Below are positions 40,669 through 49,268 of a stretch of DNA of 64,000 nucleotides, one piece after another (position 1 is the first letter of the stretch; each line of letters opens with the position of its first letter). Position numbers and translations under genes: made by a program. The notes under the pieces were generated by a model, which had not been told where the DNA came from, searched no databases, and saw nothing but the letters and a program-made list of their open reading frames with translations. The stretch is from the NCBI GenBank assembly GCA_050290785.1, contig JBNKIR010000041.1, positions 44,404-108,403 on the forward strand, given 5' to 3'. The stretch comes from Sedimenticolaceae bacterium (GTDB taxonomy: Bacteria > Pseudomonadota > Gammaproteobacteria > Chromatiales > Chromatiaceae).

Positions 40669-41202
40669 ATGAACGATCCTGATGATACGTCTGCAACAGA
40701 CGGGCAGAGACGCATGGGCAAGGGGATGATTATAGGCGCCTGGTTGGGTTTGCTGATTGTCCTGACACTGCTGGCCAATTCCTATCTTGAGCGCGTAAGA
40801 AATCCCAACACCAGCCCGCAAACATCCAGCTCCGGCCAGGTGAAAGAGGTCCTCCTGGTGCAGAATAGGGCCGGTCACTATGTGGCCAGCGGACACATCA
40901 ATGGCAACGAAGTCACCTTTTTGTTGGATACCGGCGCGACGGATGTTGCGCTCTCAGACGACCTGGCCGCCCGACTCGGACTGCACAAGGGGGCGTATAT
41001 ATCCACCCAGACGGCAAATGGCGAGGTTACTGCGAGATTGACCATGCTCTCTGAGGTAAGTATTGGCGAGATTAGGTTGTCCGATGTCCGGGCAAGTATA
41101 TTACCGAGCATGCAGGATGATGAGGTGTTGTTGGGGATGAGCTTCCTCAGACAACTGGAGCTGGTGCAGCGAGGGGACCAGTTACTGCTGCGGCAATATT
41201 GA
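40669..41202 (+). CDS. Membrane-anchored retropepsin-like (clan AA, TIGR02281-type) aspartic protease
   Basis: 177 aa with one TM helix (MIIGAWLGLLIVLTLLA), then GHYVASGHINGNEVTFLLDTGATDVALS (DTGA active site) and LLGMSFL. It starts 24 nt after paralog B. Confidence 0.8.
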   Translation: MNDPDDTSATDGQRRMGKGMIIGAWLGLLIVLTLLANSYLERVRNPNTSPQTSSSGQVKEVLLVQNRAGHYVASGHINGNEVTFLLDTGATDVALSDDLAARLGLHKGAYISTQTANGEVTARLTMLSEVSIGEIRLSDVRASILPSMQDDEVLLGMSFLRQLELVQRGDQLLLRQY

Positions 41203-41211
41203 CCCGGCATC

Positions 41212-42771
41212 CTATATTTTGATACAGACCCCGCCGCGGCGGCTGTCCCCCTTCCCCCGAAGTTCCCCGCCGTGATCGCGCACCACAGTATGGGCACCAC
41301 CAAAAAATAGGTTCTTCCCCGGCCAGAGGTGATACTCTGGGAACCCCCTGGTTAGGGAGTCAATAGCCTCATCCGGAATACCTCCCTCAAGGTTGAGCAG
41401 CCCGCTCTCCAGGTGGATCCTGGCGAACTCCACGGCCTCGTCTACCTCCAGATTAAAGTCGATCAGATTGATCAGCACCTGCAGGATGGCGCTGCGAATC
41501 CTGTTGGAACCGCCAGAGCCGGTCACGACCCTGTCTCCGTTAGGCAGCATGGCCAGGGTTGGGGCCATCATGGATGCGATGCGTCTATCCTCGGGCCACT
41601 GGTGAAAGCCACGGGGATTGAGGTCTTCCTCACCCAGCATATTGTTCAACATGATACCTGTCCCTGGCAGGACATAACCCGAGCCCTCACCGTTTGACAG
41701 CGTCATGCTGGCCATATTGCCCATGTTATCGGCAACACTGATCTGGGTCGTGCCCCTTGAGAAGCTGGCGTGATCACGCAGGATGTTTTGGTAGGACGCG
41801 ATGGATTCAGCGGAAAGAATCCGGTCGCTGATCGTCTTGTCCAGAAAAGAGTCTATATTGTGGCCGTGTCGCAATTCCTGGGTTATCTGCATGGCATGGG
41901 CCAGATTGGCCAGATGCTCAATACAGTGATGCTGTATACCACCCAATCCCTGCCTCTCTAAAATTGCCAGGGTGAATGCGATCAGGGTCCCGCCGACGGA
42001 TGGGGCCGGATTGGTATGAAGCAGTGCGCCCTGATACTTGAGAGAGAGCGGCTCCCTTTTTTCAACACGATATCCCGCCAGATCATCCAGGTGAATGGCG
42101 CCGCCCTGTGTTCGACACTCCTGCGCCAGTCGCTGCGCCAGTTCCCCCTGATAGAACAACTCCTCTCCCTCCTGCACCAGTGCGGTGATGACATCCGCCA
42201 TAGGTCCATGCAGCACCATCTCACCTTCCGGTGCGATCCTGCCGGGATAGTTACTGCACTCATGGATGCCCAGCGCCTCTGGCCCGGACTCAATGATGGG
42301 GGCCACGATGGTGGAGATATAGTGCTGAAAACTGTTGATCGTCACCCCGGAGCGAGCCAGTTGAATGGCCGGTTCCATCAGCAGATCCAGGGGGAGAGTG
42401 CAAAGATCCCTATGCATGGCAAAAATACCACGCACCACCCCCGGCACTGCGATGGATCCCATCCCTATGTGGAACTCCTGCTGAGCGGTTCCAAAGTCGG
42501 CGATTATGGGATAGAAATCCAGCTCCTGCTCCTTGGGCTTGTGTGATGGGGTGTGGGCGAAGAAATCGTACAGTACCGGTTTGGCACCATTGAGATGCGC
42601 CAACAGAAATCCCCCTCCGCCCAGGGACGAGAGCACCGGCTCGGCTACGCAACTGGCTGCCAGCGCAGCCAGACAGGCATCAAAGGCGTTACCCCCTTCA
42701 GCTAAAATCGAGGCGGCGGCGCCGGCGGTGTCCTGATGCCCTGCAGCAACTATTCCTGGAGAGTTTTTCAT
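41212..42771 (-). CDS. ggt: Gamma-glutamyltransferase family protein
   Basis: 519 aa with a GGT N-terminal region (AAGHQDTAGAAASILAEGGNAFDA) and an autoprocessing Thr region (RGTTQISVAD). Confidence 0.88.
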   Translation of the reverse strand: MKNSPGIVAAGHQDTAGAAASILAEGGNAFDACLAALAASCVAEPVLSSLGGGGFLLAHLNGAKPVLYDFFAHTPSHKPKEQELDFYPIIADFGTAQQEFHIGMGSIAVPGVVRGIFAMHRDLCTLPLDLLMEPAIQLARSGVTINSFQHYISTIVAPIIESGPEALGIHECSNYPGRIAPEGEMVLHGPMADVITALVQEGEELFYQGELAQRLAQECRTQGGAIHLDDLAGYRVEKREPLSLKYQGALLHTNPAPSVGGTLIAFTLAILERQGLGGIQHHCIEHLANLAHAMQITQELRHGHNIDSFLDKTISDRILSAESIASYQNILRDHASFSRGTTQISVADNMGNMASMTLSNGEGSGYVLPGTGIMLNNMLGEEDLNPRGFHQWPEDRRIASMMAPTLAMLPNGDRVVTGSGGSNRIRSAILQVLINLIDFNLEVDEAVEFARIHLESGLLNLEGGIPDEAIDSLTRGFPEYHLWPGKNLFFGGAHTVVRDHGGELRGKGDSRRGGVCIKI

Positions 42772-42890
42772 AGGTCATTTCAGGATGTCTTTGTCACTCT
42801 AACATAATGGATTTACAGGGCTATTGTGAACTTTTTCAATTATTTCTTGGCAAAATGGAGCTATAGTTAATAATAAGCTCTTGAACTATA

Positions 42891-42921
42891 CAAGAAACCG
42901 CGACATGTTCGCGGTTTCTTG
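42891..42921. other. Perfect 13-bp stem-loop in a divergent intergenic region
   Basis: CAAGAAACCGCGA (42891-42903) pairs with TCGCGGTTTCTTG (42909-42921), with a 5-nt loop. It lies between the divergent starts at 42771 (-) and 43011 (+) and has no clear U-tract on either strand. Confidence 0.4.
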
Positions 42922-43010
42922 TCGGTTGAGAGATTGGTCTGAACCCCTTACTGTCCCGGGGTAAAGGCTATGATATAAAATATAAGGTTCAGGATCCGGA
43001 AGGATATTGC

Positions 43011-46000
43011 ATGGCCGTGGCACCCAAACAAAACAGCCTACAGACACTTAAAAAACTGATCCCCCTGAATTTGCTCCCGGAAGCAGACCTGGAACAGCTT
43101 CTTAAGACAGCAGCATTCAAGCAGGATAGGGCTGGAACTTATCTGTTCCGTCAGGGGGATACCGATTACCATAATATCTACCTGCTCTCCGGCAAGGTGG
43201 CCTTACTTGATAATATGCGGGAAGTGGACAGGGTCGCGGCGGGAAGTGAGACCGCACGTTTCCCGTTGGCCCATCAGATTCCCAGAAAGAACTCCGCTCG
43301 CGCCATCGGCGTGGTTGAATATGTCCTGATCGACAATCGCAAGCTTAGCGAGATGCTGGTTCGAAACAAGGATGATGACTATAAGGTTGCCGACCTCAGC
43401 TCCACCATCAGCGATGATTGGATGGACCAGCTCCTCCAATCCAAGGTATTCCAGCAGATTCCACCATCCAACATCCAGGGTGTGATCATGCGCATGGAGG
43501 AGGTAGAGGTCAAACGCGGGGAAAAGGTGGTGGAACAGGGGGGAGAAGGGGATTACTTCTATCTGATCCACCAGGGGAGATGCACGGTTTCACGTCTGGA
43601 AGATGGCAAAAAAAAACCAACCGAGCTGGCCAAACTCGGACCGGGAGATAGCTTTGGTGAAGAGGCGCTGCTCTCTGACAGTCCGCGCAACAGCACGGTA
43701 ACCATGCTAACCAAGGGGATCCTTTTGCGTTTGGCAAAAGAGGATTTCATCCAGTTTGTAAAGCGTCCTTTGGCCAGGGGGGTAAGCTTTGAAGAGGCCG
43801 ATGCCCTGGTTGCAAAAGGTGCCGTATGGCTCGATGTCAGGTCTCCGGTACAGTATGCAGCAGGACACCTGGAACACAGTGTCAGCTTCCCGCTGGATAC
43901 CTTACGCTATCAGGCACCAAACCTGGCTTTAGATCAGAAATATGTCATCTGCTGCGACGATGGGCATTTGAGTTCCACTGCGGCATATCTCCTGACCGAC
44001 CGTGGATTTGTCGTCTCCGTCCTCGAGGGAGGACTCAGGACGGCGCCACCCGATCTTATGGTCAAGGAAAAGCCTGATACCGAGTCCAGCGCAAAGGTTA
44101 TCAGCCTGCACCCAGGCGAGGAGATCGCCGATGACAAGACTCATGCAAAACAGCAAGACGATCAGAAGGCTCTGCAACAACAGTTGGCTGCGGCAAACAG
44201 CCGCATCAAAGACCTGGGGGTAAAATTTCAGACCTATCGCGACCGACACAAGAAGGAAGAGGCGAAGCAGCTGGCAGAGATAAAGGCGCAAAAGATAATC
44301 ATCGATAAAAACCGCATCAGGCTAGATGAGCTAAGGATGAAAAGGGACGCCGACAGGAGGTTGATTGAACAGCTACAGCAAGAGTCAGGCGAGCTGAACA
44401 CCTCCATAAAAGAGGCTACTGAAAAGTTGAGCCAGGCCCAGAAGAATATCGTAGACCTTGAGGCTCGGCTTCAGGGTGCACAGGACACCAAGCAGTCAGC
44501 CGCAGCCGAAAAGGATGAGCATAGAAAGGAACTGGAGGCGTTAAGAGATAGATTGGAAGACGCCTCTGCTGAGAAGGCCGCACTGGAAGGGAAAATCGAG
44601 CGGTTGCAAAGTGGTCAGGGAGATGCCAAACAGAAACAGGATGAGGCCCTGGAAGACTTAAAACAGCAGATAAAACAGCTACAGGTTGACCTGGATGAGG
44701 CCCGTGAGATAACCCAGTCTGGACAAGCCGATCTGAAAAAGTCGCAAGAGGCAAGCCATGCGATGCAATCCGAACTGGATAAACTCAGAAAGGCAAATCG
44801 GGAGATACAGGATGAGCTGAATGAGTCCAGAGAGGCGAGTCAGACCGTACAGGACGAATTAAACCAGGCACAGGAAAGGTATCTGGAACTACAGTCAGAG
44901 ATGGCCGAGGTTAGGGGGGCCTTGCGGGACAAAGAGTCTGAGCTGGAGAGATCACTGGCTAAAACTGATCGCCAGGGAGATGAAGATACCGACGCCCTGC
45001 ACGAGGAGATCAAGACCCTTACCGAGGCACTGGCAGAATCTGATTTGGCATACGATCAAATCAGAGAGCAGGCCGAGGCGCTGGCGAAAGAAAAAGAGCA
45101 GATCCAGCAAAAGATGCGGGAGCTGGAACAGAATCGTTCACAGGATAGACCCAAACCGGCACGGGATGACAGGCGCACCTCAATCGAGAGGGAGGTCTTT
45201 GGCGACGTCGATGAAGACTTGGTTTCCAAAGGATTGGATATGGTGGAAGAAGAATCGCTACGTCAGGAACTGGAGGATCTGCGCAATGCATCCAGTAATT
45301 GGGAGCAGCGATTAAACGAGGCCGAAGAGAAATGCAGAGCCCTGGATGATGCGCTGGAGGACCGGGATAAGGAGATTGATCAGATCCGGCTGGAACTGGA
45401 CGAGGGAAAGGCCAGGCTGGTTGAGTCTGAAGAACAGCGACAGCAGAGCGACGCAACGATCAACCAGCTTAGAGAGCTGGCTGCCAGCGGAAAGCCGGTG
45501 AATGAATATGTAGATTCGCGTCTGACGAATCCCCCTGCGAAAACACTTCATATAGATAACCTGATTTCTGGTCACTCCCCTGGGCGGGCCATAGCACTAT
45601 GGGCGCTGCTGGGTGCAGGTATATGTTTTGCTGTGCTTGACGGACTGATGATCTATTCCGGACGAGGTGAGTTACTCTCAGGGATGCTACAGAATGGAGA
45701 AGAGCAACAGATTGGCCCTATGGCGGTTGAGCGAAATGGTATAGATCTACTCGCGTCATCAAGAAGAAATAGTCCGTTCATTACCAACGATAGCAAAATT
45801 GGCGCGAATACCGTGATTTCCGCCAAAGAAAAGGACCAGGCCGTGAAAACCGAGTCGTCCTGGACTGTTCTAAAGGATATAAGCTTTGGCCCGACAATGG
45901 TCAGGCTTAACGGTGGTAACTACACTATGGGCAGCAATAGGAACCAGGTCTCCAGTGATCAATGGCCTGCCCATAATGTCGAGATAAAGTCATTTGCGAT

Positions 46001-46577
46001 AAGTCAGACTGAAATCACCTTTGATGATTATGATCGCTTCGCCAAAGAGACTGGCCGCAGGCTTCCTGATGACCAGGGTTGGGGGCGTGGTTCGCGCCCG
46101 GTCGTTGATGTTAGCTGGGATGACGCTGTGGCCTACACCAAATGGCTGTCCCAACGTACAGGCAGAACATATCGCCTCCCGTCAGAGTCCGAGTGGGAAT
46201 ATGCCATTCGCAGCGGCAGTGATTCAACCTACTGGTGGGGCTATCAGATGGAGGAAGGCAGAGCGAACTGCTTTGATTGCGGCAGCGAATGGGACCGCAA
46301 GAGTACAGCTCCGGCCGCCAGCTTCCCGCCAAATAATTTTGGACTTTATGACATGGCGGGTAACGTAAGAGAGTGGGTCATGGACTGCTATCGTCCCAAC
46401 TATAGCGGCGCCCCTCAGGATGGAACCGCATGGTTGGAAAGGGGTTGTAATGAACGAGTAGCCCGGGGTGGCGCATATAATAAGACCAGCGACAGCATGC
46501 GTTCCGTCTGGAGAGGACGCTTCAAACCCAACCTACGCTTCAGCTTTACCGGTTTCAGGGTTGTGCTCGAACTTTAG
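43011..46577 (+). CDS. Multidomain protein: 2x cNMP-binding, rhodanese, about 450-aa coiled coil, TM, FGE/SUMF1-type domain
   Basis: 1188 aa. The second cNMP domain has FGEEALLSDSPRNSTV. The rhodanese loop reads ICCDDGHLSS. A Q/E/K/L-rich coiled coil spans roughly residues 370-830. The TM segment is AIALWALLGAGICFAVLDGLMIY. The C-terminal FGE-sulfatase domain has RLPSESEWEYA, GLYDMAGNVREW and RGGAY. Confidence 0.85.
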   Translation: MAVAPKQNSLQTLKKLIPLNLLPEADLEQLLKTAAFKQDRAGTYLFRQGDTDYHNIYLLSGKVALLDNMREVDRVAAGSETARFPLAHQIPRKNSARAIGVVEYVLIDNRKLSEMLVRNKDDDYKVADLSSTISDDWMDQLLQSKVFQQIPPSNIQGVIMRMEEVEVKRGEKVVEQGGEGDYFYLIHQGRCTVSRLEDGKKKPTELAKLGPGDSFGEEALLSDSPRNSTVTMLTKGILLRLAKEDFIQFVKRPLARGVSFEEADALVAKGAVWLDVRSPVQYAAGHLEHSVSFPLDTLRYQAPNLALDQKYVICCDDGHLSSTAAYLLTDRGFVVSVLEGGLRTAPPDLMVKEKPDTESSAKVISLHPGEEIADDKTHAKQQDDQKALQQQLAAANSRIKDLGVKFQTYRDRHKKEEAKQLAEIKAQKIIIDKNRIRLDELRMKRDADRRLIEQLQQESGELNTSIKEATEKLSQAQKNIVDLEARLQGAQDTKQSAAAEKDEHRKELEALRDRLEDASAEKAALEGKIERLQSGQGDAKQKQDEALEDLKQQIKQLQVDLDEAREITQSGQADLKKSQEASHAMQSELDKLRKANREIQDELNESREASQTVQDELNQAQERYLELQSEMAEVRGALRDKESELERSLAKTDRQGDEDTDALHEEIKTLTEALAESDLAYDQIREQAEALAKEKEQIQQKMRELEQNRSQDRPKPARDDRRTSIEREVFGDVDEDLVSKGLDMVEEESLRQELEDLRNASSNWEQRLNEAEEKCRALDDALEDRDKEIDQIRLELDEGKARLVESEEQRQQSDATINQLRELAASGKPVNEYVDSRLTNPPAKTLHIDNLISGHSPGRAIALWALLGAGICFAVLDGLMIYSGRGELLSGMLQNGEEQQIGPMAVERNGIDLLASSRRNSPFITNDSKIGANTVISAKEKDQAVKTESSWTVLKDISFGPTMVRLNGGNYTMGSNRNQVSSDQWPAHNVEIKSFAISQTEITFDDYDRFAKETGRRLPDDQGWGRGSRPVVDVSWDDAVAYTKWLSQRTGRTYRLPSESEWEYAIRSGSDSTYWWGYQMEEGRANCFDCGSEWDRKSTAPAASFPPNNFGLYDMAGNVREWVMDCYRPNYSGAPQDGTAWLERGCNERVARGGAYNKTSDSMRSVWRGRFKPNLRFSFTGFRVVLEL

Positions 46578-46888
46578 CCCTGGGTGTTTAGAAAGTCTGA
46601 TACGGATATGGATACCAGATCTGCCGGAATGGCCGGGGATTCCGTTCTGACTTCAAGCTCAATTAGCTGCAGTGAGGTGGCAAGATCAACTGGCCCATGA
46701 CGTCTGGTCTCATTTGCAGCCAGCCCATCTCGATTACTCTGGTAAGTAATCCCACCTGATGTCAGGTCATATTTGGTGATCATACCACACCTCATTGTAT
46801 AGACAGTGGATTGGGGTTTTCCACTCTTGATCTATATAGCGGCGCTGCGTTCTGTAACTTTAGGTCCTTATTGGAATATCGTTAAGAT

Positions 46889-47194
46889 TCATTCACCTAG
46901 CAATTCGTCATTATCCAGGTCATCTAATGGATTAAGGTGATTTTCTCCGGCAGGTCGGTCCAGATCCACGCCATAGTCATCATTGCTGATATCAAATGAT
47001 CCGGACCAATCCTCAGGCGCCTCGGCACGGCTTAACACCAGCTCCTCCCAGGCGTCTGAGTCATACTCTTCAACTGTGCCATCATAGAACTGCACCTCTA
47101 TGGATTGTTCCTCCTGGTCCATGGCGACCACTTCAAGGATTTCGCCCTCTACAGTCTGATACCAGCTACCGACAGCAGGTTGGGGTTTACTCAT
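46889..47194 (-). CDS. Small acidic hypothetical protein
   Basis: 101 aa with an SH3/Tudor-like beta-rich N-terminal half (VGSWYQTVEGEILEVVAMDQEEQSIEVQFYDG) and a very acidic tail. No family could be assigned. Confidence 0.55.
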   Translation of the reverse strand: MSKPQPAVGSWYQTVEGEILEVVAMDQEEQSIEVQFYDGTVEEYDSDAWEELVLSRAEAPEDWSGSFDISNDDYGVDLDRPAGENHLNPLDDLDNDELLGE

Positions 47195-47359
47195 ATCTAT
47201 TGCTCCTCTGCTATTGTACTTATCTGCGGATGAACAAGTTTCCTGTTTTAAACTGGAGGTCCCTGTTATTTAGTATTGCACTGGATCGGCTTCTATTCCA
47301 GTATTGAAATCCGCGCGATGTTTACAGCTATTTATAGATGAAGATAAAGGAGAGTTGAG

Positions 47360-48163
47360 TTGAGTTGGTGGGGCAAGATGTTAGGCGGGGCCTTCGGTTT
47401 TATGCTTGGAGGACCACTTGGTGCCATTCTTGGCGCGGTACTGGGACATAACCTGGATCGCGGCATGGATGGTCTCAAAGGTTATGAATCCATGCGTCCA
47501 GGAGACAGGGAGAGGGTACAGACGGCCTTCTTTACCGCTACATTTTCTGTAATGGGCCATCTGGCCAAGGCCGACGGCCGGGTGTCGGAAGATGAGATAG
47601 AGATTGCCCGCAGGGTCATGGATCAAATGGACCTGAACCAGAAGCTGCGGCAGACGGCTATCCGCCTGTTCGAAGAGGGCAAGAAACCCGGTTTCCCCCT
47701 GGACGATGTATTGGAACAATTTCGCCAGGAGTGCCATCGCCGCCTGACCTTGATCCAGATGTTCGTGGAGATCCAACTTCAGGCGGCCTATGCAGATGGG
47801 GTACTGCACAGAGAGGAAGAACGGCTACTGTTGCATATCTGCCATAGTCTCAATATCCCAGAACGGCTATTCCGTCAGCTGGAAGAGATGATCAAGGCCG
47901 AGCGACACTATGCCGGAGGGAGACGTCCCACACCTAAACCATCGGGACCATCACTGGAAGATGCCTACGCCATACTCATGATTTCACCCAAGAGCAGTGA
48001 CGCAGAGGTGAAACGGGCCTATCGCCGCCTGCTCAGTCAACACCATCCTGACAAGTTGGTCTCCAAGGGGCTGCCGGAGGAGATGATGAAACTGGCAACG
48101 CAAAAGACCCATGAGATACGCCAGGCCTATGAACAGATCAAGCAGGCACGTGGTTTGAGCTAG
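47360..48163 (+). CDS. djlA: Co-chaperone DjlA
   Basis: 267 aa with a TTG start, a Gly-rich TM N-terminus, a TerB-like middle and a C-terminal J domain (AYAILMISPKSSDAEVKRAYRRLLSQHHPDK). Confidence 0.85.
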   Translation: MSWWGKMLGGAFGFMLGGPLGAILGAVLGHNLDRGMDGLKGYESMRPGDRERVQTAFFTATFSVMGHLAKADGRVSEDEIEIARRVMDQMDLNQKLRQTAIRLFEEGKKPGFPLDDVLEQFRQECHRRLTLIQMFVEIQLQAAYADGVLHREEERLLLHICHSLNIPERLFRQLEEMIKAERHYAGGRRPTPKPSGPSLEDAYAILMISPKSSDAEVKRAYRRLLSQHHPDKLVSKGLPEEMMKLATQKTHEIRQAYEQIKQARGLS

Positions 48164-48166
48164 CCG

Positions 48167-49195
48167 CTACTTGAATAGAAGGATAAACGGTTCCAGCAGT
48201 TCTCTGCTGAAAAAGTTCTGCATCTCGTCCCGCATCAGTTTCAGTGCGTCGAATTTACTCAGGGCCTGTTTATATGAGCGTTCGGCAGTAAGTGCATCAA
48301 ATACGTCGGCAAGACAGCAGATACGGCCATAGACATGCGCCTCTTCGCCATGGAGATGTTTGGGATATCCAGTCCCATCATAGCGTTCGTGGTGCTGCAA
48401 CACTATGTATTCACACTCTTCCGATAGTTCGCCCGCCTCCTTCAGGATCTTGTATCCCTGATAGGGGTGGGTGCGCATCTGATTCATCTCCTCATCTGTC
48501 AGAGGCCCGGGCTTGTTGATGATCCTTGGGTCAATATTTACCTTACCCAGGTCGTGCAGAAAGAAGCCCGCGCCCAACTCCTCGAGATCGTGATCATCGG
48601 AATGGCGAAATATCTCTTTGGCCAGCATGATTGAGGTAATGCCCACATTCACCGAATGAGCGAAGGTATAGAAGTCGTGGGAGGTAATAAGGAGCATGTT
48701 GTGGGCTGTCTCGTCATCCCTGAGGATGAGGTCAGTAACAGACTTGATGGCACCTTTGCTGGCGGTGATGTTCTCCGCCGTCGGGCTTTCCAGCAGGCGA
48801 GACATCATCTCCATTGAGTGTTCATACACCGCCTTGGACTTGGCGCTGGGACTCAGGCCCTTATCCTCAATCACCTCAATTAGCTCTTTTGGTACCAGGG
48901 TCTCCGGATTCCATTTGGGCGGAGGGATTATATCTACTGATTCCTGCTGCTCAGACTCATCGATCATGACATCTGCCGATATCCGGGTTGATCTTTCGGC
49001 CGGCGATTCGGGGGGCAGGTCGCTTTTATCAAAATCCACCTCTATGGCACGAAACCCGCAGGCATGGATCTCTTTGATCTGATGCCGGTTTTTTATCTTG
49101 AATTGGTTCAGACTGAAGGGGTGGCTGAGCCAGGATACGGGCAGGATGACATACATCCCAACCTTAAGGTCTTCAATAGGCACCTTTTTGATCAT
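48167..49195 (-). CDS. HD-GYP domain c-di-GMP phosphodiesterase (DUF3391 N-terminus)
   Basis: 342 aa with HDLGK, a HHERYDGTGYP motif and an N-terminal DUF3391-like segment. Confidence 0.9.
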   Translation of the reverse strand: MIKKVPIEDLKVGMYVILPVSWLSHPFSLNQFKIKNRHQIKEIHACGFRAIEVDFDKSDLPPESPAERSTRISADVMIDESEQQESVDIIPPPKWNPETLVPKELIEVIEDKGLSPSAKSKAVYEHSMEMMSRLLESPTAENITASKGAIKSVTDLILRDDETAHNMLLITSHDFYTFAHSVNVGITSIMLAKEIFRHSDDHDLEELGAGFFLHDLGKVNIDPRIINKPGPLTDEEMNQMRTHPYQGYKILKEAGELSEECEYIVLQHHERYDGTGYPKHLHGEEAHVYGRICCLADVFDALTAERSYKQALSKFDALKLMRDEMQNFFSRELLEPFILLFK

Positions 49196-49268
49196 ATCGC
49201 CCCTGATATCCGTTATCTTTTTTCAGCACAGAGCAGGCGCAACCCGAAATCAGGTCTGCAGATGTCAA

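Noticed and set aside
39409-40896. Minus-strand ORFs of 212 aa (39409-40047) and 237 aa (40183-40896).
   Set aside because: They are antisense to PilZ-like paralog B and to the protease gene. Their translations are Ser/Arg-rich and low-complexity. They have no Shine-Dalgarno sequence, and the sense genes have a paralog or clear motifs supporting them.
46574-46795. 73-aa minus-strand ORF in the gap after the 1188-aa gene.
   Set aside because: It has no Shine-Dalgarno sequence and no recognisable motif, and it overlaps the convergent stop of the large gene. It could be a gene remnant, but I cannot support it as a CDS.
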